64,000 nucleotides of DNA from Takakia lepidozioides. Its lineage: Eukaryota; Plantae; Bryophyta. Position numbers and translations under genes: made by a program. The stretch lies in assembly GCA_030704615.1 (NCBI GenBank), contig CM060734.1, positions 6,510,001 through 6,574,000 of the forward strand, written 5' to 3'. The notes beneath the pieces were generated by a model. It made no database searches, was not told where the DNA came from, and worked only from the letters and a program-made list of their open reading frames with translations. This document shows positions 25,201-38,401 of this stretch, in pieces; positions within the stretch are counted from its first letter, which is position 1, and each line of letters opens with the position of its first letter.

Positions 25201-28093
25201 TAGCAGGTAATCTACTAGATTTCTTTGTGGTAATTTGTATCTCGTGCATCCCATTATGCACGGTTAGTAACTGAGAATTCCAGTCATGGAATACCCTGGC
25301 CTGTTTCAGCCACGGACGTCCCAATAATAAGGAGTAAGCCTCCATGACTTCATCCATCTTCAACACAGTTACTGTGATCATAAAGATCATCTTCTGTATC
25401 TGTATCTTAACTCCTCTTATTAATCCCAATGGCTGTACACTTCTTTGATCTGCCATTGTTACTGTAAATGGGGCTGGTTTCATGTTACTTAGACCAAGCT
25501 TCTTTAATTGGTCTGTCATGATATTTACTCCAGAGCCTCCATCTATCAGTACATCAGTTAGTTCTGTGCTTCCAATTCTCAATTGGATTACTGGCATAGA
25601 ATCATCAAAGTCCATGACTGTGCCCTTCCGGCTTCACATTATAACTGGTCACCTTGCTGTTCAGGTCTGTGTTTCCTGTCTCCTGGGCAATTCGATTGAT
25701 TGCTTGATACAGCCTGTGTCTACAATAAGGTGCCACAGCCAATAGCTGTCCAATGGTAATCTCTGCTTTGGTCTGGCATATTACTTCAGCCAAAGTCCCT
25801 TCATTACTTTGCATGTCTGCATCTTCTTTCTTCCTTTCATCCTCACTCACTTCTTCTTCTCCATCAGAATCAGAGGAATCTGCCACAGGAATATCAGTAC
25901 TCTTCTGCATTTCCCTTATGGTATCTGCCACTTTCCTTGTGCAGTTCCTTCTCATCTCTCCAAGCCTCATCATCTTCAGGCATATCACTGCCACCTTCAT
26001 TATCATCATCTTCCTCAACTACTGGAGGTATTAGTTTGGCTTTGCTTCTTGTTACTATCATTGTACTTACTTCTGGTACAACACATGGCCTAACCATGTG
26101 AGCTGCCACCACTGGGCCCTCATTCACAGGAGCTCTCATCTCATTCTGGTGTCTAATCCAGAATGAACAGGCTGCCTTGCGATGTCCTGGCTGATTACAA
26201 TAGTAACATAGTCTTCACCATTGGGTCCTCGCCCTTGGTCTGCTCTTGGATTATTTCTGTAATCCTGATTCCCGGCTGGTAATTCCCCCTTGGATTACCT
26301 GATAGTTGCCTCTGGAATTTCCTTGGTAATTCCCTCTTGAATTACCTCTCCCTTCCATGCCATTGTTATAACCACCAGACCTACCATAGTGGTCCTGATC
26401 ATTGTTTCTTCTTGGCTGGGGCTGCACCTGATGCACCCTTACTTGCCTAGGTTCTCTTGCAGCTGTCCTTCTGTTGTAGTAACAATTCTCAGTAGAATGG
26501 TTATCCATTTTACAGATAGTACAGTGTTTCTCCTTCATGTGGCATTCAGTGGTGGTATGGCCTTCATTCTGGCACTTTGCACACCAAACACCCTTCCTCC
26601 AATGTGTTGCAGCCTCTGTGGCATACTTCTTCAAGATTTCTTCTAATCTTTTCTCATAGTTATCCCCTCTTCAACTTCTCCTTTCTCTTACTCTTCCTTT
26701 TTAGTTTGCTCTTCTTCTTCATCTGACTCATCCTCAGAGTCCTCATCATCCCTTTTCTCTCTCCTGAGCATTCCCAATTGCTCAATTCTGTTTGCAGTTT
26801 CAAATGCCTCCTCCACTGTATTATGGGGTAACATATCCACTTTCTTTTGCAACTCTGGTCTTAGTCCACTCACAAACCAAGTCTCTGTAAACCTGGTGCT
26901 GGTACAGCAGCCAGCTTTTTCATCATCAATTCCATCTTTTCCATATACTCCTCAACAGTTTCATGCTTCTTTTGCTTTAACTGTTGTAAACTTCCATACA
27001 CTTCATCCTCAGTTTTACTTGTCCTGAACCTATTTCGGAATGTTGTATTCAAGCCATTCCAGGTTAGGAAATGATTATCAGGGAATCTTGCATACCATTC
27101 ACTTGCTTTCTTGATAAGTGAACAGGAAACAATCTCATCTTGGCATCATCGCCATTCTCATTGTTCACTATACACATGTGCTCAAATTGGCTAATGTGTA
27201 CATCGGGATCCCCTTTTCCTGAATATATTGGAAAAGGTGGTTTTGCCCGTGTTGGTTGTAACGCCATCTGTGGCCCTACCTTCTGCCCACTGACAGGTGC
27301 TGGCACCCTTGCTGGTGCTGGTCCTTCAGGACCTGTTGTTGTTGTGGTGGATCTTCCACCAAGTGGTGGCCCTTGAGCACTCCCTGCTACTGGCCCCACG
27401 ATATTCACAGTATTCCCAGCTCCAGTTGCACTACTTCCCACACTCCCTGTCCCCCAGAGCCAGATCCAGGCAGCCGCCTGATCCCCCTGAGCCGACACCT
27501 TCGTTGGCCTGTGATCCAAGTGCTCCACTTGATCCAGGTCCAACGGGTTGGGATGTCCTGGTTGTAGTCTCAACCTCAGCTGTTGGGTCTACTTCTTCAT
27601 ACTCTTCCTCTTCCAATTTCTTTCTCTTTTTTCATCCTCCAAGTTCTGCCCTTGGGTTTCTTCTTCACTCATGTAACTCAACTGCAATGGTGTTGGAGAG
27701 TCTGAACTCTCCGTTGGCTCTGCCACATCCTCTCCTCCTTCTTCACCTTCCGCTTCAGAAACTGGAGTTCCTGCTTTTGGTGTTCCATGCCAACTCTTAT
27801 CAAAGATTTCTGTCAAATCTTTTATCCAGGGATGTACCTCAGATCTTTCACCTCGTGATTGATCTTCTTCCCGTACCAATTCCCTTAATCTTTCTTGCAA
27901 AGAAAAAGAAGGAGTGGCATCCACTCTAGTTTCTTCCGGTATGGGTGATGTACTCTCTGATCTTAATGGTGTGAGAGGTCCAGATGATTCCCCTATCTAT
28001 TCCTCTCTCCCAAAGATATGGATAATTAGCTTTCAGATAGCTTTCTCTTTTTGCTGAATATCTCTGGCGTCTAGCTTCTCTTTCATCACTCAT
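22300..28093 (-). pseudogene. gag-pol of element A (Gag with CCHC knuckles, aspartic protease, RT, RNase H, integrase), heavily frameshifted
   Basis: [88 protein letters not shown]. Confidence 0.93.
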
Positions 28094-28805
28094 GTCCCAT
28101 GTCTTTCATTTCTTTTAATGGCAATAACCAAAACTCTCTTCTGTAATATCTCTCGTATATGCCTGGGTTTCTTTCAAGCTTCAATGCACCTTGGCTATAC
28201 TAGAAGTCTCCGTTACCATATAACCATATGGCAAACAAGTCTGGAAAGCTGTTCTTGGTGTGAGTTTGATCCACAAAATATCCTTTGGAATCCAATTCTT
28301 TACCAGTACAAGCTCTTCATGCATATGAGTATAAACATTCACCTTTCTTTCCTCCCAGCCTTCAAACTCTACTCGCTTAATGGATAGCAATGCTATCACA
28401 TAAACCAGTGTTGGTAACCAACGTGCTCTTCCTCTACAGGCCACCTGATAAATCTTTATCACTCCTTTCTCCAGACCCCATTCAGGGTCAGCATCATGCA
28501 CTCTCTTAAGAATTTTCTTTACAACCGTCTGGCAATTCCAAAAACCTCTGAAAGAATCGTTTGGACAATCTTTCCTTCTCAGTTTCACAAGGAATTTGAT
28601 TCACATCAAATTCTTTAATTCTCCAACCACCATGATCCCACCAGATGCCTGTCACATCTGGTTGTTCATGACCCAGTTCCCCAGTATGGTCGCCAAATGT
28701 CGCGCGGCTTTTACTCACCCATCCCTTCGCTATCCGAGGCGGAAACTCCAAGATAGAAGAGTTGGAAATCTCTAAGCACTCAGCCCGCTCAGAACAATCA
28801 GTCAT
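28086..28805 (-). pseudogene. Upstream extra ORF (ORF0) of element A
   Basis: Frameshifted homologue of 36127-36849. Confidence 0.7.
28678..28695 (-). promoter_or_regulatory. Primer-binding site, probably tRNA-Arg type
   Basis: TGGCGACCATACTGGGGA, 2 nt after the terminal CA of the 5' LTR. Confidence 0.85.
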
Positions 28806-29596
28806 GACCTACAGCTAGTGTATCATGGGGGTTTCCTATTTGTTTTCCTTCCCGCATTCATGTTAGCTAGTTACCTTACTGTTGGTATTTAAGTATCAGT
28901 TTGCTTCAGCAATCTATCGGATTCCATCAACTCATCCATTCATTCCACAGCTTCACTCAGATCTCTCTACACAGTGTGAGTATGAAGTATGTATCAGATT
29001 AATATCTATCAAGTATCAGGCTGAAGCCATGGAGTCTCTAATCTGCTCTACATTACAACTACTGCTTGCATTCATCAAGCATCAACAGATCGTTCTCCTC
29101 CTTCTCCTCTCCCTCTTTCTGCTCAGAGATGCGCTCTCCGCTTCATTTCCCCCCCCCGAAGTCCCCCCCAAGAAGTGATCTTTTTCCAGTCCTCGCTCCT
29201 CTTTATCTTCCTACCCCTTGTTCTAACCGTTTCCCTCACTAACCGTCATCCGTGAACTAACATGTTCCATTCACAGATGTTGTTCCCCACAGTCGTTCCC
29301 TGTCCTGCTATTCGTTCCCTATGGTCGTGACAGCTGTGTCAAGCTGTGACTGGCTGTGCGACTGTGTTGGGTTGTGTCGGGCTGTGTCTGTGACTGGCTG
29401 TGTGGCTGTGACGGCTGTGACTGCGGCTGTGTTGGACGGCTGTGTCGGCTGTGGCTGTGACTGTGACCTGTGACGGCCCCCCCCTAAAGTGCATTGCTGT
29501 CACCCCTAAGGCTCCTGTTGGTCTCAGTCTGTGCAAAAATTAAGGGTACCCCACAGATCCCGTAAAAGTGCCTAAGTCCCAGACAGTCCTCTAACA
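28698..29596 (-). repeat. 5' LTR of element A
   Basis: TGTTAG...GCGACA on the minus strand, followed by the PBS. Confidence 0.95.
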
Positions 29597-30126
29597 CCAC
29601 CTGGAATGTCCACTAGGACAGCACATGTGGCAAAGGTCCCCCTTTGCTGTACATGTAAAGGGTTCCGTTACCTTTGCCCTGGATGCATTAATGGGCCCAC
29701 AATTAGTTTTGGCTGATGTACCGGGTAGGTACTTTGACGGCCCAGTTTGTCCTCTTGCATTATGACACCCACTTTTGCAATATATGCACCGCGGTGTGCT
29801 TTGCCCTAGTGGCCACATGTTCGATTTTAAACATGCTTCCGTCTTCCCCTGTCCGCTTGGCACATTCTCCGAGTTTAACTTCCAAGCTGTCCTTTCACTT
29901 GCCGGCCACTTTTCTGATGTTAACCCGCGTCCACCTGTCACTGACCCTTTGGACTGTGCAACCCGCGTAGGATGTGTTGGGCTGTGACAGGCTGTGTCAA
30001 ACTATGGTAAACTGTGATAGGCTGTGTGATGTTGTGATGGGCTGTGATAACTGTGTGAACACCCGTGTTCTCCACTCGGGCTATACACATTCGGCTTTAC
30101 AACAAGTGCTTCATGCTCCGTTGGTA

Positions 30127-33100
30127 TCACCGGTGCAGTCCATGACTGTGTGTTTCAATATGCAAATCATGATGCAATGGTTTGTCATGGATACCACTAT
30201 ATCCCTTCAACTTATTGGCATTGACTCTTCCCAACATCTTTTTGTTAATGGTTTGTAACATGACTGTGTTGTTATCATACATCTTCTGTATGACATAAGG
30301 TCCTTTCCATGGTGACTTAAGCGTAGAAGCTTTAATCTTTCCCTTCTTCTGCAACCACAGAACCAAATCACCCGTCTTAAAAGTTTTCAGTTTACCTTCA
30401 TCAAATTGATCTTTCCTCTTCATCTGAATTCTGGTCATGTTATCTGCTGCATCATCACGTACTTCTTCCACATGATATAATTCATGTTTCCTGACTTTAA
30501 TTGAATCTACCAATTCCATTCTCCTTCCACATTCAGTTCTCATGGTAGGTAACAAGAATTCCACTGGAAGTAAAGCTTCCATATCATAAACTAATTGGAA
30601 TGGTGTATACTTAGTGGTGACTTTATATGAAGTCCTGTATGACCACAAAGTTGTCAGCAGCTTTGTATCCCAATCCGTTCTGTTTGCATTGACTATCTTA
30701 GCCAAAATAGTACATAGTATTTTGTTGGTGGCCTCTGCCTGCCCATTACCCTGTGGGTAATAGGTTGTACTCTTCTTGTGCACAATCATGAACTCTTTAG
30801 TCAATAGTTCTATGGTCTCATTAATGAAGTGACTTCCCTGGTCACTAATAAATTCCAGGGGACAGCCAAATCTTGTAAGTATGTTCTCATATAGAAACCT
30901 TGTTGTGGACTTAGTTGTGTTATCCCTCAGAGCTTTAGCTTCCACCCACTTTGTAGTATAATCAGTGGCTGTGATTATATACTTGTTCTGTGTATTTCTA
31001 GATGGTGGGTTTATTGGTCCAACAAAGTCTAGTCCCCATTTCTGAAATGGTTCAGTAGGCATCGTCGGATGCAAAGCCATCTTCCCAGATCTTTGCAAAG
31101 GTCCTAGCCTCTGACACTCATCACAACTCTTGCAATACTTATGCACATCTTTGAACAGAGTAGGCCACCAGTAACCTGCAAGTAGTATTTTTTCTGCTGG
31201 TAGTCTCCTCTCCAAAATGATCTCTAGCCACTCCTTTATGAACTTCTTCCAAAACTTTATTTACTTCATGGTGGTACAAGCATCGTTTAAGAACTCCATC
31301 AGGTCCTAGCTTATACATTCTGCCATCTATCATAGTGTAAGGTAAAGCCTTGATAGCTAATCTCTTCCTCTGTTCCTTCCCATAACTGGGTGGGCACTGA
31401 CCATGAGTAAGGTAGTATCTGATTGGCCACTGCCAATCTAACCAATCATCTGCACTTCCTTGCACCTCCACTGCAAATAGACTCGCATCAGGTAGTTGGT
31501 CGTCTACTCCTGTGGCGGGCTCTCCTGTTGATAGGTGTGACAAGTGATCTGCCACAAGATGCAAACGGCCAGGCTTGTAAAACTTCAAATTCAAACTCGT
31601 GCAAGATTATTAACCATCTCTGCTATCCTGCCACTTATCAAAGGCTTGTTCACCAGATAAATCAAAGCCTGATGATCCACATAAAACATAAACTTCCTTC
31701 CCAATAGGTAATGCCTGAATTTCTTGACTGCATAAATCATTGCCAATGCTTCTCTTTCAGTGGTGCTATAGTTCCTTTCAGCACTGTTCAAAAACCTGCT
31801 AGCATAGTACACAGGTGAATCTATATTTCCTGTGATATTTTGGGCTAACACAGCTCCCAATGCTTCTCCTGAGGCATCACAATGTACATGAAATACTACG
31901 TGCCAGTGAGGATTAATCAGCACAGGTGTAGTTGTTACTGACAATGTAAGTTCCTCAAAAGCCTGTTGACATTCAGCTGTCCATGTAAACACTGCATCCT
32001 TCTTCAGAAGCTTGCTCAAAGGTGCTGCCATCTATGCATACCGTCTGACAAATCTTCTGTAATAACTGGTTTGTCCAAGGAATCTCCTTAGACTTTTAGC
32101 ATTTCCTGGTGGTGGAGATGCTTTAATGGCCTCTGTCTTTTTGGGATCCACAAGGAGTCCCTTCTTACACACAATGTGTCCCAGTAGTACCCCTGAGTTC
32201 ACACAGAAAGTATATTTTTCCGGATTCAGTCCGAGACCTCTCATCCTGCATCTGGCCAAACATAACTCCAACTTCAGCAAGTGCTCATTCTTAGAGCTGT
32301 ACACACTGAAGTCATCTAAGAACACTTGCATGAAATCATCCAGATACTCATGGAAGGATTCACTTATCACTCTCTGAAAAGTTGCTGGTGCATTACAGAG
32401 TCCAAAAGGCATGACTTTGTATGCATAAGGTCCCCAGTTTGTGATGAAAGCTATCTTTCCTTGGTCCTCTTCTGCCACTTGTACTTGGTTATACCCACTG
32501 AAGCCATCCATGAATGAGTACATCTCATGGCTTGCCACAGTGTCCAATACCGCTTCTGTGAATGGCAAAGGAAAAGGATCTTTCTTTGTACAAGCATTCA
32601 ACTTTTTATAGTTCACACAAACTCTCAGTTTGCCATTCTTCTTGGGAACTATCACAATGGGTGACAACCAAGTTGTATACTCTATTGGGTATATGAACTT
32701 AGCCTCAGCCAACTTCTTGATCTCTTCCCCAACCTTTTGTGCATAGTTGGGATTCATCCTGTACCTTGTCTGTTTGATTGGTACTGACCCTGGTTCTAGT
32801 TCAATCTTATGCTGGCAAATCTCAGGGGGTATCCCTTTCAGATCCTCATAGCTCCATGCAAATACATCTTTGTATTTGATAAACAGGCTCTTAGCCTCCT
32901 CAAAGAATTCTGGCTCCAAGTCAGCCCCAACTTTCACCATTTTGGGTTCCTCCTCAGTTCCCACATTCACGTCTCTCACCTGCTCTTCAGATGTGATTGT
33001 CCATCCAGCCACTACTTCATCCTGTAAACTCACAGTGGCTGGTTCTTCTAGGGTTTCCCTTTCTCCCTCTCTCTCTTCATAGAAATGTGGTGGGTAACTA

Positions 33101-36100
33101 CTTGTTTCACCCTCAATTGGTGTTGCTGTTACTGTACCACAACAAATACCTTTAAAACAACTCAGACCTCCCAGTTGCATTTCTGCAACCTGCTCCCACT
33201 CTGGGTGCGCAGCAAACAGGGTAGTTTCCTGCTCCTCATCGAGTCCTCCCCTCCAGTCATACTCTCTGACTCCACGAGGTCTTCTGGTAGCAGGTAGCCT
33301 ACTAGATTTCTTAGTGTGACCTGTATCTTGTGCTTCCCATCATGCACAGTCAGTAACTTGGAATTCCAGTCATGGAATACCCTGGCCTGTTTCAGCCATG
33401 GTCGACCCAACAATAAGGAATAAGCTTCCATGACATCATCCATTTTCAACACAGTCACTGTGATCTTAAAAATCATCTCTTGGATCTGTATCTTTACTCC
33501 TCTTATCAAGCCTAAAGGTTGTACACTCCTTTGATCTGCCATTGTTACTGTAAATGGGGTGGTTTCATGTTACTTACTCAGACCAAGCGCCTGCCTTAAT
33601 TGGTCTGTCATAATATTCACTCCCGAACCTCCATCTATCAGTACATCAGTCAAGTTTGTGCTTCCAATTTTCAATTGGATTACTGGCATAGAATCATCAA
33701 AGTCCATGACTGTTTCTCGCCCTTCAGGCCTCACATTATAACTTGTCACCTTGCTGTTCAGGTCTGTGTTCTCTGTCACATGAGCAATATGATTAATTGC
33801 TTGATACAGCTTGTGCCTACAATGAGGTGCCACAGCCAATAGCTGTCCAATGGTAATCTCAGCTTTGGTCTGGCATATTACTTTTGCCAAAGTCCCTTCA
33901 TTACTCCGCACTTGTGCAGCTTCTTTCTTCACTTCCTCTTCACCCTCTCCATCTTCTCTATTAGAGTCAGAAGTATCTGCCATAGGGATATCAGTATTCT
34001 TCTGCATTTCCCTTATGGTGTCAGCCACTTCCCTGTGTAGTTCCTTCTCATCTCTCCAAGCCTCATCATCTTCAGGCACATCACTGCCATCCTCATTAAC
34101 ATCTTCTTCCTCATCCACTGGAGGTATTAGTTTAGCTTTGCTTCTGGTTACTATCATTGTACTTACTTCAAGTACAAAACATGGCCTAACCATATGAGCT
34201 GCCACCACTGGGCCCTCATTCATAGGAGCTCTCATCTCATTCTGGTGTCTGATCCAGAATGAATTGGCTGCCTTGCGATGTCTCGCCTGATTACAATAGT
34301 AACACAGTTCTTCACCATTGGGTCCTCGCCCTTGGTCTACTCTGGGATTATTTCTATAATCCTGATTCCCTGGCTGGTAATTCCCCCTTGGATTACCCTG
34401 ATAGTTGCCTCTGGGATTGCCTTGGTAATTCCCTCTTGGATTACCTCTCCCTGCCATACCATTGTTATATCCACCCGCCTACCATAGTGGTCATGATCAT
34501 TGTTTCTTCTTGGCTGGGGCTGCACTTGATGCACCCTCACTTGCCTAGGTTCTTTTGCAGCTGTCCTTCTGTTGTAGTAACAATTCTCAGTAGAATGGTT
34601 ATCCATTCTACAGATAGTACAGTGTTTCTCCTTCATGTGGCATTCAGCTGTGGTATGGCTTTCATTCTGGCATTTTGCACACCAAACACCCTTCCTCCAA
34701 TTTGTTGCAGCTTCTGTGGCATACTTCTTCAAGATCTCCTCCAGTCTTTTCTCATAGTTTTCCCTCTTTACCTTTTCCTTTTTCTTACTCTTCTTGTTGA
34801 GCTCTTGCTCTTCTTCCTCATCTGACTCATCTTCAGAGTCCTCATCATCTCTTCTCTTCTGAGCATTCCCAATTGCTCAATTCTGTTGGCTGTTTCAAAT
34901 GCCTCCTCCATTGTATTATGGGGTAACATATCCACTTTCTTGTGTAATTCAGGTCTTAGTCCACTCACAAACCAGGTCTTCTGTAAGCCCGGTGCTGGCA
35001 CAGCAGCCAACTTTTTCATCATCAATCCCATCTTTTCCATGTACTCTTCAACAGTTTCATGCTTCTTTTGCCTTAGCTGTTGTAAACTCCCATACACTTC
35101 ATCCTCAGTTTTGCTTGTCCTGAACCTGTTTCGGAATGCCGTACTAGGCCATTCCAGGTGAGGAAATGATTATCTGGAAATCTTGCATACCATTCACTTG
35201 CTTTCTTGATAAGTGAACAAGGAAACAGTCTCATCTTGGCTAATGTGTACATTAGGATCCCTTTTCCCTGCATATATTGGAAAAGGTGGTTTTGCCCGTG
35301 TTGGAGGTACCGCCATCTGTGGCCCTACACCCTGCCCACTGATAGGTGTTGGTCCTCTTTTTGGTGTTGGTCCTCATGGACCTGTTGTTGTAGTGGTGGA
35401 ACTCCCACCAGGTGCTGGCCCCTGAGCACTCCCTGATTCTCAGTATCCCCAACTCCAGTTGCACTACTTCCCATACTCCCTGTCCCCCCAGAGCTTGATC
35501 CAAGCTTCCCGCCTGATCCCCCTGAGCCGACACCTTTGTTGGCCTGTGATCCAAGTGCTCCACTTGATCCAGGTCCAACAGGTTGGGATGTCCTGGTTGT
35601 AGTCTCAACCTCAACTATTGGGTCTACTTCCTCATACTCTTCATCTTCCAACTTCTTCTCTCTGTTTCCATCTTCCAAGTTCTTTTCTTGGATTTCTTCT
35701 TTCTCACTCATGTAACTCAACTGGAGTGGTGTGGGAGAGTCTGAACTCTCCGTTGGTTCTGCCACATCTTCCTCTCCCTCTCTATCTTGTAATTCAGAAA
35801 CTGGAGTTCCTGCCTTTGGTGTCCCATGCCAACTCTTATCAAAGATTTCTGTCAAATCTTTGATCCAGGGATGTACCTCAGATCTCTCCCCTCGCGGCTG
35901 ATCTTCTTCCTGTACCAAATCCCTTAATCTTTCTTGTAAAGAATAAGAAGGAGTAGCATCCAACCCTGGTTCCTCCGGTATGGGTGATGTACTCTCTGAT
36001 CTTAATGGTGTGAGGGGTCCAGATGATTCCCCTATGTCTATTCCTCTCTCCCAAAGATATGGATAATTAGCTTTCAAATAACTTTCTCTTTTTGCTGAAT

Positions 36101-36134
36101 ATCTGTGAAGTCTAGCTTCTCTTTCATCACTCAT
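30127..36134 (-). pseudogene. gag-pol of element B, frameshifted
   Basis: MSDEREARL start, three CCHC-type knuckles, VLIDGGSG, QVFLDDF (RT), HCDASG..EREALA..DHQAL (RH), and integrase core with KGPY. Confidence 0.93.
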
Positions 36135-36849
36135 GTCCCATGTATTTCATATCTTCAATGAGGCAATAACCAAAACTCTCTTCTGTAGTATCTCTCGTAT
36201 ATGCCTGGGTTTCTTCAAGCTTCAATGCACCCTTGGCTATACTAGAAGTCTCCGTTACCATATAACCATTTGGCAAGCACGTCTGAAAAGCTGTTCTTGG
36301 TGTCAGTTTGATCCACAGGATATCCTTAGGAATCCAATTTTTTACCAGTACCAACTCTTCATGCATATGAGTGTAAACATTCACTTTCCGTTCCTCCCAG
36401 CCTTCAAACTCCACTCGTTTAATGGATAGCAACGCTATCACATAAACCAGCGTTGGTAACCAACTTGCTCTCCCTCTACAGGCCACTTGATAAATCTTTA
36501 TCACTCCTTTCTCCAAACCCCACTCAGGATCTGCATCATGCACTCTCTTAAGAATGTTTTCTTTGCCACCGTTTGACAATTCCAAGAATCTCTGAAAGAA
36601 TTGTTTGGACAACCTTTCTTTCTCAATTCCACAGGGAATTTGATTCACATCAAATTCTTTAATTCTCCAACCACCATGATCCCACCAGATGCCTCTCACA
36701 TTTGGTTGTTCTTGACCCAGTCCCCCAGTATGGTCGCCAAATGTCGAGCGGCTTTTACTCACCCATCCCTTTACTATCCGAGGTGGGAACTCCAAGATAG
36801 AAGAGTTGGATATCTCTAAGCACTCAACCCGCTCAGAACCATCAGTCAT
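36127..36849 (-). CDS. Upstream extra ORF (ORF0, 240 aa) of element B, unknown function
   Basis: Uninterrupted ORF from an ATG inside the LTR, across the PBS, overlapping the gag ATG; conserved in A and D. Confidence 0.7.
   Translation of the reverse strand: MTDGSERVECLEISNSSILEFPPRIVKGWVSKSRSTFGDHTGGLGQEQPNVRGIWWDHGGWRIKEFDVNQIPCGIEKERLSKQFFQRFLELSNGGKENILKRVHDADPEWGLEKGVIKIYQVACRGRASWLPTLVYVIALLSIKRVEFEGWEERKVNVYTHMHEELVLVKNWIPKDILWIKLTPRTAFQTCLPNGYMVTETSSIAKGALKLEETQAYTRDTTEESFGYCLIEDMKYMGHE
36722..36739 (-). promoter_or_regulatory. Primer-binding site of element B
   Basis: TGGCGACCATACTGGGGG, 2 nt after the LTR end. Confidence 0.85.
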
Positions 36850-37287
36850 GACCTACAGCTAGTGAATCATGGTTGTGCTTTCTGTTTGTATTTCTTCTTG
36901 CCTTTATGTTAGCAAATTACCTTGCTATGTATACTGAAGCATCAGATTGCTTCAGTATCTATCAGGTTCCATTCACTCATCCATTCATTCCACAACTTCA
37001 CTCAAGTCTCTCTACACAGTGTGTTTGTATCGAATAAGTATCAGATTTAAGATTTATCAGGTATCAGGCCGAAGCCATGGTATCTCTAATCTGCTCTACA
37101 GTATCACTACCGCTTTGCATGTAACAAGCATCTACTGATCATTCCTCCTCCTTCACCGTGCTCTCCATCCTTGCTCCCATCCTTGCTCTCCGCCTGATCT
37201 CCTCTCGTGCATGACCAAGAAGTGCTCCTTGTGAAGTCCCCCCCATGATGCTTGCTCTACCTATTTTATCTACAAGCTGTTATAACC
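36742..37287 (-). repeat. 5' LTR of element B, inner part
   Basis: Homologous to 28698-29230 and 43127-43672; continues at 50878 after element C. Confidence 0.88.
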
Positions 37288-37834
37288 TGTCAAGTTATTT
37301 TACCACTAGTGTGAAACGCTTGTATTTTCAGGTTTGTGGCCGGTGCAAGAAATGAAGCAAAGGAGCTGATTCTCTTATGGTGAGAATGGGGCATGTGTGG
37401 AGCATGCCTTCAGCCCATTGAGGCTTTTGTTTTCAAGCTTTAGAGAGCTAGAATGGAAGGGCTAGGGCTGGTTCCCACTTGGGTGAAATAAAAGCATTTG
37501 TAGGGCATATGTGAGGTGGGGTTTCAACCTCAAGCCTAGATAGAGCATGGCTCTTGAAGTGGCAGGTGTAGGGGGCTGGAATAAGCTCTAAGACAGATAC
37601 TATGGCCAAGGAAAATGCTTGAATGAGTGCTCACAAGGGCTAAAAACCAGCAAGGCTTGGTTATTTGCCATTGAGTTTAGTGGCGTGTTTGGGGAGTCTA
37701 AGTGAGAAAGAGCTGATTTCTTCACAGCCGCCATAGCTCGGTGCAAAGAAGCCTAGAGTCCAAGAGACACAAACCCTAGCTTGGCGTGGCTAAACCCCTT
37801 GGAGAAATGGCTAAACTGTCATGAGTGGCCATGG

Positions 37835-38235
37835 ATGGGGCTGTGACGGACTGTGATAGGTTGTGGCGGGCTGTGACAGGCTGTGCCCTGTGGCCTGTGG
37901 GGCTGTGACGGGTTGTGATAGGCTGTGACAGGTTGTGGCCTTTGGGGCTGTGACCCCTGCGACCTGTGTAGGGCTGTGACAGGCTGTGCCTGTGGCCTTT
38001 GGGGCTGTGAGGGGCTGTGACCGGCTGTAAGGGACTGTGACAGGCGGTGACCTGTGGCCTGTGGGGCTGTGACGGACTGTGACAGGCTGTGACCTGTGGC
38101 CTGTGGGGCTGTGATGGGCTGTGACAGGCTGTGACATGTGGCCTTTGGGGCCGTGAGGGGTTGTGATGGGCTGTGACCTGTGGCCTGTGTGGGGTTGTGA
38201 CGGCTGTAACCAATGATCTGTGTGGGCCTGTGTTG
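37835..38235. repeat. Degenerate GGCTGTGA/CTGTGG tandem tract
   Basis: CTGTG-core units about every 6-10 bp, with a ~43-bp higher-order repeat. Confidence 0.85.
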
Positions 38236-38401
38236 GTCTGTGGTGGCCCGTGTTGACATGTGGACGGCTTGTGCTGACTTGTGGAGGCATTGGTGGACTG
38301 CCTAAGGACTGGCATGTGATCTTGAAGGCCAAATTTTGAAGCTCGTGGAGGGCGGTTTGAGGAGTATCTTCATGATATTCCCATGGTCATGCAAGTGCGG
38401 T

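Larger units (their letters stand above)
3913..29596 (-). mobile_element. Full-length Ty3/Gypsy LTR retrotransposon A, same family as B
   Basis: Two highly similar LTRs (3913-4866, 28698-29596) with TG...CA ends, 5-bp TSD CCACC (3908-3912, 29597-29601), PBS, PPT, and gag-PR-RT-RH-INT order. Confidence 0.95.

Noticed and set aside
27297-27929. Hydrophobic antisense ORFs opposite gag/pol
   Set aside because: Shadow frames of purine-rich coding strands, with no independent evidence of coding.
22300-36134. Programmed frameshifting in gag-pol
   Set aside because: Frameshifts are numerous and occur at different places in A, B and D, which fits decay or read indel errors.
37776-38332. Three overlapping His/Ser/Thr/Pro-rich ORFs
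   Set aside because: Artefacts of the stop-free CTGTG tract. The same applies to 4540-4806 and 29339-29536.
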